From the NCBI GenBank assembly GCA_965242525.1, contig OZ251459.1, positions 1,056,001-1,120,000 of the forward strand: DNA of 64,000 bases, in the 5' to 3' direction. This stretch comes from an uncultured Candidatus Binatia bacterium. Its GTDB lineage: Bacteria; Desulfobacterota; Binatia; UBA9968; JAJDTQ01. Below, piece after piece: positions 56,767 to 64,000 of the stretch; positions within the stretch are counted from its first letter, which is position 1; each line of letters opens with the position of its first letter. A program made the position numbers and the translations under genes. The notes beneath the pieces were generated by a model that had not been told where the DNA came from, ran no database searches, and saw only the letters and a program-made list of their open reading frames with translations.

Positions 56767-58134
56767 ATGAGCGAGAGACACACACTGCCGTACCATGACA
56801 TGCGGGGCCTCATGGCGTTGCTGGAATCCGAGGGGCAGCTTCGGCGGATCCGCAAGCCGGTGGATGCGCGCCATCTCCATACGCTGCTGGCCCAGGCCGA
56901 CACCGCGCTGTTGATGGAGGACGTCGAGGGCTATGACATACCGGTGGCGGGGGGACTGGTGGGGTCGCGCCAGCGGGTGGCCCTGGGGCTCGGCTGCGAC
57001 CAGCGGACCCTGGGGCGCAGGTTCATGGAAGCTCTGGACGACCCGGTGGAGGCGGAGGCGGCGACGGACGGTCCGTGCCAGGAAGTGGTGAAGGTGGGCG
57101 ATGAGGTGGACCTCACGGAGTTGCCCATCCCCTTGCAACACAGGAAGGACGGCGGACCGTACCTCTCGGCCGGCGTCTCGGTGTCCAGGGACCCGGAAGG
57201 GCGGCGCAACGCCGGGTGCTACCGGCTCATGTACCGGACCCCGCGGGAGACCGGCATCGACCTGGTGTCGCCGTCGGACATGCGCTTCAGCTACGAGGCA
57301 GCGCTCGGGCGGGGCGAGCCGCTGCCCATCGCCGTGGCCTTCGGCGTGGGCACGCCCGAGCTCATCGCCGCGGCCTACAAGGCGCCGCCGGGGTACGACG
57401 AGTTCGCGGTGGCCGGGGCGTTGTACGGCAGGCCGGTCCCCCTGGTGAAATGCAAGACCGTGGACCTGGAGGTCCCCGCCCATGCGGAGGTCGTCCTGGA
57501 AGGGGAGATCTCCACCGATGGCTGGACCATCGACGAGGGCCGTTACGGGGACTTCACCGGGCACCAGTGCTCCATCCGCTGGAACCCGGTGTTCCGGGTC
57601 AAGGCGGTGACGCACCGCAAGCGCCCGATCCTCCAAACCATCCTGATGCCGTGGGAGAACGACTGGCTGGAGGCCCCGCCGCTGGAGGCCGCGGGATGGC
57701 GCGCCCTGCGCGAGGCGAGCGTCAGGACCGCGGCGGTGTACGCCACCCCGGGAAGCGCGTGCTACTGGCACCTCTACGCCGCCGTCCACAAGCGGCCCGG
57801 CGAAGGCAAGAACGCGCTCCTGGCGCTCATGTCCCTGCACGCGGTGAAACTGGTGCTGGTCACCGACGCCGATGTGGACTTGACCGACCCCATGGCGGTG
57901 GAGCGGGCCATGGCCTTCCGGGTCCGGCCCGACGAGGACGTGGTCATCGTCTCCGGCGCCCGGGGCAAGCACCTGGACCCGACCCTCAACGCCTCCCGGC
58001 TCGCCAGGGGTTCGCTCCCCACCACTTCCAAGATGGGCATCGATGCCACCATCCCCGAGGACGTGGACCCCGCGGAGTACGAACGGTTGGAGTACCCGTT
58101 CATGGACCGGGCCAAGCTCGAAGACTTCCTGTAG
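56767..58134 (+). CDS. UbiD family (prFMN-dependent) decarboxylase
   Basis: Motifs DGGPYL, N.G.YR, VPAHAEVVLEG, EGRYGDFTG, D.DVD, LDP, KMGIDAT. Confidence 0.9.
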   Translation: MSERHTLPYHDMRGLMALLESEGQLRRIRKPVDARHLHTLLAQADTALLMEDVEGYDIPVAGGLVGSRQRVALGLGCDQRTLGRRFMEALDDPVEAEAATDGPCQEVVKVGDEVDLTELPIPLQHRKDGGPYLSAGVSVSRDPEGRRNAGCYRLMYRTPRETGIDLVSPSDMRFSYEAALGRGEPLPIAVAFGVGTPELIAAAYKAPPGYDEFAVAGALYGRPVPLVKCKTVDLEVPAHAEVVLEGEISTDGWTIDEGRYGDFTGHQCSIRWNPVFRVKAVTHRKRPILQTILMPWENDWLEAPPLEAAGWRALREASVRTAAVYATPGSACYWHLYAAVHKRPGEGKNALLALMSLHAVKLVLVTDADVDLTDPMAVERAMAFRVRPDEDVVIVSGARGKHLDPTLNASRLARGSLPTTSKMGIDATIPEDVDPAEYERLEYPFMDRAKLEDFL

Positions 58135-58180
58135 AGGACCCCGACTAAACTTCCCGCGTTCCCTGCCGATTCCCTGCCTC

Positions 58181-58963
58181 ATGGACGAGGCGAGCGGTGG
58201 AGCCGTCCGCGCCTCGGGGCGCGCGGCTCGACGGATACTGACCGCGGTACTGGACGTCGTCTTCCCGCCCTGTTGCGAGGCTTGCGAGAGCTTCCTTCCG
58301 TCCGGGTCCCGGGACTGCTTCTGCGCACCCTGCCGCGACCGGCTCCGGCTCGTCCGGCCGCCGTTCTGTCCCCGGTGCGGGCGGCCCTACCTGCACGACT
58401 GGCAGGGCGGGCACCTGTGCGGCGGCTGCCTGCTCCAGCCCCCGTGCTTCTCCCTTGCGCGCAGTTGGGCCTGTTACCCGCGGGACGGGGATCCGGCGCA
58501 TCCGTTGCGGCAGGTGGTCCACAGGTTCAAGTACGGGAGGGCCGCGTCCCTCGGACAGCCCCTCGGACGGATCATGGCCCGGTCCTGCCAGCCGTGGTTC
58601 CGGACCGCGTCCCTGGACCTCGTGGTCCCCGTGCCCCTGCATCCCCGGCGGCTCCGGTGGCGCGGCTTCAACCAGTCCGTGTTGCTGGGCCGGGAAGTCG
58701 GCCGCGCCTGGGGCATACCCCTGGACCCCTTCGTCCTGACCCGGAAGGTGGAGACCACGCCGCAGACCACCCTCGCCATGAGGGAACGGCGTTCCAACGT
58801 GCGCGGCGCTTTCGCGGTGCGCAGGTCCGTGGAGGGGAAACGGTTGCTGCTGGTGGACGACGTCTATACCTCCGGGGCAACCGTCAACGAATGCGCCCGG
58901 GCGCTGCTGCGCTCCGGGGCCCGTGACGTGCAGGCGCTCACGCTGGCCCGGACCATGTCCTGA
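58181..58963 (+). CDS. comF: ComF family protein (double zinc ribbon + PRTase)
   Basis: CxxC pairs; motifs VPVPLH, RGFNQS, LVDDVYTSGAT. Confidence 0.9.
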   Translation: MDEASGGAVRASGRAARRILTAVLDVVFPPCCEACESFLPSGSRDCFCAPCRDRLRLVRPPFCPRCGRPYLHDWQGGHLCGGCLLQPPCFSLARSWACYPRDGDPAHPLRQVVHRFKYGRAASLGQPLGRIMARSCQPWFRTASLDLVVPVPLHPRRLRWRGFNQSVLLGREVGRAWGIPLDPFVLTRKVETTPQTTLAMRERRSNVRGAFAVRRSVEGKRLLLVDDVYTSGATVNECARALLRSGARDVQALTLARTMS

Positions 58964-59087
58964 CTCCGCGGGGCCGCGGCCGCCGGAGCGCACCCCCGGA
59001 ATCGGCCTGTACGGGGCCGCGGGCGAAGCCCCCGTGCCGCGCGGGACCACGGCCGCCGGAAGCCAAACCGGGGCAGGCTGGATTTGG

Positions 59088-59434
59088 GGCGTTTCAGGCT
59101 TTCGTGTGGGTAAGTCAGGAAGGAAAGGGGAGGGAAAGGGACCACCTGTGATTGCTCCGCAGACGCCTGCCTCGTCATTCCCGCGAAAGCGGGAATCCAT
59201 CCAGTTTCGTCGCTCTCGTTGTACAAACCTCTCCGGCTCGGATTACGATGGATTCCCGCTTTCGCGGGAATGACGGGGGTGAGGCTTTCGCGGGAACGAC
59301 GGGGTGGGCGTCCGGGAGCCCGCCCTTGGTTTACTTCCTGTCGTGGCAGGCTCCGCAGAAGCGGAGCAATGACAGCCGGACCCCTGCCGCACCCCTTCCT
59401 CTCCTGCCTTGCCCATTCGAAAGCCGGAAGCGCC
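59088..59434. mobile_element. MITE family B with a palindrome doublet
   Basis: GGCGTTTCAGGCTTTCGTGTGGGT...GCCCATTCGAAAGCCGGAAGCGCC. Confidence 0.85.
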
Positions 59435-59540
59435 GATTTTGCCAAGCTGGATTTTCCACCTCGATCCGACTATGATCCGCGGACGGATTTTGCCGTGGTG
59501 GAACCGTCCTTGCCGCGGCAGGTTCCTTCGGGAGGAGTAC

Positions 59541-60143
59541 ATGGCCGAATACGTGGTCGAGCCCGTGTCCCACGCCGAGCCGGCGACGAGCCGGAAGACC
59601 TACATCAGCGCCCAGTCGCTGCTGGAGGACTCCTTCCGGCTCGGCATGCAGATCCTGGAGAGCGGCTTCCGCCCGAGCTTCATCGTCGGCATATGGCGGG
59701 GGGGCACCCCGGTGGGCATCGCGGTGCAGGAACTGCTGGCCTACTTCGGCGTCGAGACCGACCACATCGCCATCCGTACCTCCTTCTACAAGGGCATCGG
59801 ACAGACCGGCTCGCGCATCCGCATCCACGGCATGCAGTACATCATCGACAACGTCAACGCCGACCAGGGACTGCTGATCGTCGATGACGTGTTCGACACC
59901 GGCCTCAGCATCGACGCGGTGCTGTCGCACCTGAAGCGCATGGCCCGCCGCAACACCCCCGCGGACGCCCGCATCGCCACCGTTTACTACAAGCCCGACA
60001 ACAACCGCACCGATCGGGAACCCGACTACTACGTGCACGAGACCGGCAACTGGCTGGTCTTCCCGCACGAGCTGCACGGGTTGACGCGGGAAGAGATCCT
60101 CGAGCACAAGCTGGGGGTCCTGCCGTTCGCGGCGTCCCTGTAA
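59541..60143 (+). CDS. Purine phosphoribosyltransferase-like protein
   Basis: GGAGG RBS; motifs GIWRGG, LIVDDVFDTG, WLVFPHE. Confidence 0.85.
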   Translation: MAEYVVEPVSHAEPATSRKTYISAQSLLEDSFRLGMQILESGFRPSFIVGIWRGGTPVGIAVQELLAYFGVETDHIAIRTSFYKGIGQTGSRIRIHGMQYIIDNVNADQGLLIVDDVFDTGLSIDAVLSHLKRMARRNTPADARIATVYYKPDNNRTDREPDYYVHETGNWLVFPHELHGLTREEILEHKLGVLPFAASL

Positions 60144-60242
60144 CCCTCCGCCCGGGCCGTTGCATCCGGGAACCGCGCATACTATATGTAGTGCCTTCCC
60201 GTCCCTGGCGGCCTTCATGTTGCGCTTTCCCGAAAACGGTCC

Positions 60243-60353
60243 GGCTCTTCCGGCTTGCGTGTGGGCAGGGTCCCACGGCATGGCGTTCCCTCCTCCCTTG
60301 AGAGGGAGGGGATCGGAGTTTTCGGTAGTACCCACACGAAACCCTGAAGAGCC
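60243..60353. mobile_element. Short MITE family B copy with a different internal palindrome
   Basis: GGCTCTTCCGGCTTGCGTGTGGG...CCCACACGAAACCCTGAAGAGCC; flanks AACGGTCC / AACGCTCT match at 6 of 8 bases. Confidence 0.8.
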
Positions 60354-60443
60354 AACGCTCTCCGCGCCTTTCGCCGCGGTTCCCCTGCCCGGAGGAAGTC
60401 CCCGGAAGGGCGGACGGAGCCCCCGGACCCCGGAGGCCCCGGC

Positions 60444-62006
60444 GTGAGCGCGACCCGCGGCGCCGACGGCGGCTACCTGCTCGAAGCGGTGGAGATCACC
60501 AAGCGTTTCGGCGACTTCACGGCCAACGACCGGGTGACCCTGAGGCTCCGGCCCGGGGAGATCCACGCCCTGCTGGGCGAGAACGGGGCCGGCAAATCGA
60601 CTCTGGTCAAGGTCATCTACGGCTCGTTGCAGCCCACCGCGGGACGGCTTCGCTGGCGCGGCGAGACCGTCTCCGTGCCGGACCCGGGGGCCGCCCGGCG
60701 GCTCGGCATCGGCATGGTCTTCCAGCACTTCTCGCTGTTCGACGCCCTCACCGTGGTGGAGAACGTCGCCCTGGCCGCGCCCGGCCGGTTCGACCCGGAC
60801 GCGCTGGCCCGACGGGTCTCGGAAGTGTCCGCGGAGTACGGGCTGCCGCTGGACCCGGCCGCGCTGGTGGCGGACCTGCCCGTGGGGGTGCGCCAGCGCA
60901 TCGAGGTGGTGCGCTGCCTGCTCCAGGAGCCGCGGCTCCTCATCATGGACGAGCCCACCGCGGTGCTCACGCCCCAGGAAGCGCGTCGGCTCTTCGTGAC
61001 GCTGCGGCGGCTGGCCGGCGAAGGCTGCGCCGTCCTCTACATCTCGCATCGACTCGAAGAGGTGCGGGAGCTCTGCCACCGCGCCACCATACTGCGCCAA
61101 GGCAGGGCGGCGGCGAACGTGGACCCCCGGACCGAGACCGCGGCGTCCCTCGCCCGCCTCATGATGGGCGCCGACGCGCACTCGGTGAAGGCCGAAGCGG
61201 GTGGGCCGTCCGGCCCGCCGGGCCTCGTGGTGACCGACCTTTCCCTTCCGGCCGAGGGACCCTTCGGCGTCTCCTTGCGCCGGGTCTCCCTCCGGGTCCG
61301 GAGCGGCGAGGTGACCGCGGTGGCGGGGGTGGAGGGCAACGGCCAGAGCGAGTTGTTCGAGGCCCTGTCGGGGGAACGGCTGGCGCCCGCGCCCGAGGCC
61401 GTCGCCATCGCCGGCCGGCCTTGCGGCCGCCGGGGCATCACCGGGCGGCGGCGTCTCGGCGCCGCCTTCGTGCCGGAGGAGCGGTTCGGGCACAGCGCGG
61501 TTCCCGGCTTCCGGTTGTGGGAGAACCTGCTCCTCACCCGCCACGCCACCGGCGAGTCCCTGGTCCGGGCCGGGTTCATCGCCGGAGGACGCGCCCGGGC
61601 CTTGACCGACAGGGTGGTCCGGCGCTTCGACGTGCGCGCCAGCCGCAAGGACCCCTACGCGCAGACCCTCTCCGGCGGCAACCTCCAGAAGTTCGTGCTG
61701 GGCCGGGAGCTCGACCGGGAGCCGCGGGTGCTGGTGGTCCACCAGCCCACCTGGGGAGTGGACGCGGGAGCCGCGGCGCTCGTTCGCCAGGCCCTGGTGG
61801 ACCGGGCCCGGGCCGGAGCCGCGGTGCTCGTCATGAGCCAGGACCTGGACGAGGTCTTCGAGATCGCGGACCGCATCGCGGTCATCTCCCGGGGGACCCT
61901 GTCCCATGCGTACCGGGCCGACGCCATGGACCGGGAGCGCATCGGCCTGCTCATGGCCGGCGCCCATGAGGCCGGCCCAACCCCGGACGAGGACCTGCGC
62001 GCGTGA
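60444..62006 (+). CDS. ABC transporter ATP-binding protein (nucleoside/purine, CUT2 type)
   Basis: Motifs GENGAGKST, MVFQHF, DEPTAVLTPQE, LSGGNLQK, QPTWGVD. Confidence 0.92.
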   Translation: MSATRGADGGYLLEAVEITKRFGDFTANDRVTLRLRPGEIHALLGENGAGKSTLVKVIYGSLQPTAGRLRWRGETVSVPDPGAARRLGIGMVFQHFSLFDALTVVENVALAAPGRFDPDALARRVSEVSAEYGLPLDPAALVADLPVGVRQRIEVVRCLLQEPRLLIMDEPTAVLTPQEARRLFVTLRRLAGEGCAVLYISHRLEEVRELCHRATILRQGRAAANVDPRTETAASLARLMMGADAHSVKAEAGGPSGPPGLVVTDLSLPAEGPFGVSLRRVSLRVRSGEVTAVAGVEGNGQSELFEALSGERLAPAPEAVAIAGRPCGRRGITGRRRLGAAFVPEERFGHSAVPGFRLWENLLLTRHATGESLVRAGFIAGGRARALTDRVVRRFDVRASRKDPYAQTLSGGNLQKFVLGRELDREPRVLVVHQPTWGVDAGAAALVRQALVDRARAGAAVLVMSQDLDEVFEIADRIAVISRGTLSHAYRADAMDRERIGLLMAGAHEAGPTPDEDLRA

Positions 62007-63133
62007 GGCTGGTGCTGGAAAAACGCCCGGAGCGCAGCCGGGCCATGCAGGCGGCCTCTCCGCTCCTGGCCATGGCCCTCACCGTCTCCTTCGGCAGCCT
62101 GCTCTTCGCGGCCCGGGGCTTCGACCCCGCCCACGCCCTCCACGTCTATTTCGTCGGACCGTTGACCACCCTGTGGTCGGTGGAGGAGCTCATCGTGAAG
62201 GCCGCGCCGCTGGTGCTGGTGGGCGCGGGCCTCGCGGTCTGCTTCCGCGCGGACCTGTGGAACATCGGCGCCGAGGGCCAGCTCATCGCCGGGGCCTTGG
62301 CGGGGGCGTCCATCCCCATCCTGGCCCCCGGTTGGGATTCGGCGCTGGCGGTCCCCCTGATGCTGCTGCTGGGGGTGCTGGGGGGCATGGCTTGGGCCGC
62401 GGCGCCGGCCCTGCTCAAGAACCGTTTCGGCGTCAACGAGATCCTCACCAGCCTGATGCTGGTCTATGTGGCCCAGTACCTGCTGGACTGGCTCGTGCGC
62501 GGCCCCTGGCGCGACCCACAGGGGTTCAACTTCCCCAAGTCCATCAGCTTCCACGACTGGCACCTCCTGCCCACGTTCGGCGACGGGCGCGTGCACCTGG
62601 GCGCGGTGTTCGCGGTGCTGGCGGCCGCGCTGCTGGCGCTGTTCATGGCGCGCACCCTCAAGGGGTTCGAGATCCGGGTGAGGGGAGAGGCGCCCCGGGC
62701 CGGCAGCTTCGGGGGCTTCTCGCCCCCGGGCGCCGTGTGGCTCTGTTTCGGGATCTCCGGCGCCCTTGCCGGTCTCGCCGGCATCTGCGAGGTGGCGGGA
62801 CCCATCGGGCAACTCCAGCCGTCGATCTCGCCGGGGTACGGCTTCACCGCCATCATCGTGGCCTTCCTCGGACGGCTGAACCCCCTGGGAGCGCTGTTGG
62901 GCGGATTGGTCCTGGGGGTCTGCTACCTGGGCGGCGAGGCCGCGCAGGTGGAGCTCTCCATCTCCGGGAAGACGGTGCAGGTGTTCCTGGGCATGCTGCT
63001 CCTGTTCATCCTGGCCTGCGACACCCTGATCCTCTACCGGGTGCGGCTGGAGCGGGCGCTGCGGCAACGGGCCGCCCCATGGCCCCGGGGAACGATTGCC
63101 CGGACCGGGGACGCCGGGGGGAGCGCGGAATGA
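62003..63133 (+). CDS. ABC transporter permease (nucleoside/purine)
   Basis: Motifs WNIGAEGQ, NEILTSLML, GYGFTAIIVAFLGRLNP. Confidence 0.9.
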   Translation: MRLVLEKRPERSRAMQAASPLLAMALTVSFGSLLFAARGFDPAHALHVYFVGPLTTLWSVEELIVKAAPLVLVGAGLAVCFRADLWNIGAEGQLIAGALAGASIPILAPGWDSALAVPLMLLLGVLGGMAWAAAPALLKNRFGVNEILTSLMLVYVAQYLLDWLVRGPWRDPQGFNFPKSISFHDWHLLPTFGDGRVHLGAVFAVLAAALLALFMARTLKGFEIRVRGEAPRAGSFGGFSPPGAVWLCFGISGALAGLAGICEVAGPIGQLQPSISPGYGFTAIIVAFLGRLNPLGALLGGLVLGVCYLGGEAAQVELSISGKTVQVFLGMLLLFILACDTLILYRVRLERALRQRAAPWPRGTIARTGDAGGSAE

Positions 63134-64000
63134 GCGGGCTGGAGGCGGTGCTGCTGACCATCGTCACCGCGGCGACGCCGTTGCTGCTGGCCGCGGTGGG
63201 GGAGCTGGTGGTGGAGCGCTCCGGCGTGCTCAACCTCGGGGTCGAGGGCATGATGATCATGGGCGCGGTCACCGGTTTCGCGGCCGGGTACGCCACCGGA
63301 TCGGCCGCGGCGGGCGCGGCCGCGGCCGTCTGCACGGGCGTCGCCATGTCGCTTCCCTTCGCCTTCCTGACCCAGACCCTTGCGGCCAACCAGGTGGCCA
63401 CGGGCCTGGCCCTCACCCTGTTCGGGATCGGGCTGTCGGGACTCGTGGGCGAGCCGTTCACCGGCCTCCCGGGCGTGAAGCTGGCGCCGGTCCGCGTCCC
63501 GGTCATGGGAGACCTGCCGCTGGCGGGGCCGGTGCTGTTCGGCCAGGACCTGCTGGTCTATGCCTCCGCGGCCCTCACCGCGGCCGCGGCCTGGACCCTC
63601 GCGCGCACCCGCATGGGCCTCGTGATCCGGGCCGTGGGCAACAACCACCACTCGGCCAACGCCCTGGGCTACGACGTGCGCGCGGTGCGTTACGGCTGCA
63701 TCGCCTTCGGCGGCGGGTGCGCGGGGCTCGCGGGCGGGTACCTGTCCCTCGCCTACACGCCCCAGTGGATCGAGAACATGACCGCGGGACGCGGCTGGAT
63801 CGCCCTGGCCCTGGTGGTGTTCGCCACCTGGAGGCCGGGCCGGGTCATGGCCGGCGCCTACCTGTTCGGCGCCGTGTGGATCATGGGCCTCTACGCCCAG
63901 GGCGTCGGCGTCGGCGTCCCGCCCCAGTTGCTGGCGGCCCTGCCTTACCTGGCCACCATTGCCGCGTTGCTGGCCATTTCCGGCAACCGCGTCTTGATGA
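63130..64000 (+). CDS. Second ABC transporter permease, truncated by the window edge
   Basis: ATPLLLAAVGELVVERSGVLNLGVEG, ANQVATG, GRGWIALALVVF; no stop codon before 64000. Confidence 0.9.
   Translation, partial: MSGLEAVLLTIVTAATPLLLAAVGELVVERSGVLNLGVEGMMIMGAVTGFAAGYATGSAAAGAAAAVCTGVAMSLPFAFLTQTLAANQVATGLALTLFGIGLSGLVGEPFTGLPGVKLAPVRVPVMGDLPLAGPVLFGQDLLVYASAALTAAAAWTLARTRMGLVIRAVGNNHHSANALGYDVRAVRYGCIAFGGGCAGLAGGYLSLAYTPQWIENMTAGRGWIALALVVFATWRPGRVMAGAYLFGAVWIMGLYAQGVGVGVPPQLLAALPYLATIAALLAISGNRVLM

Noticed and set aside
54260-58134. Very long alternative-frame or antisense ORFs (e.g. the 1288-aa and 841-aa ORFs; also 334-2358, 21525-24422, 27652-30162)
   Set aside because: These are shadow ORFs expected in high-GC DNA, overlapping well-supported genes; only the UbiD part of the 1288-aa ORF is real.

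Overview
High-GC bacterial chromosome segment. The gene content and repeats suggest a Deltaproteobacteria-like organism, possibly a host-associated symbiont (inference only). Core blocks: a lipid A/Kdo operon (lpxI-gnnA-lpxB-msbA-waaA-lpxK-kdkA), housekeeping and catabolic genes (infA, rpiA, rmuC, frmA, recD2, grxC, tldD/tldE, several amidohydrolases, SDRs, thiolase/DUF35, GMC, UbiD, ComF, a PRTase, a nucleoside-type ABC transporter) and a type III R-M system. The accessory layer is the notable part: (1) a ~375-nt, extensively base-paired candidate ncRNA with its own sigma70 promoter and terminator (41187-41560); (2) a 3.3-kb segment bounded by 145-bp direct repeats, carrying that RNA, a trimeric autotransporter behind a C24 tract and a decayed higBA; (3) three copies of a small membrane-anchored protein with 3, 6 or 9 His/Met-containing 11-aa repeats; (4) two nested MITE families carrying CGTC-tagged palindromes, whose spacer DNA reads as remnants of a GIY-YIG nuclease gene; (5) a 2.2-kb inverted duplication of a GT-C-like membrane protein gene. 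All calls come from reading the sequence; no database searches or folding programs were run.
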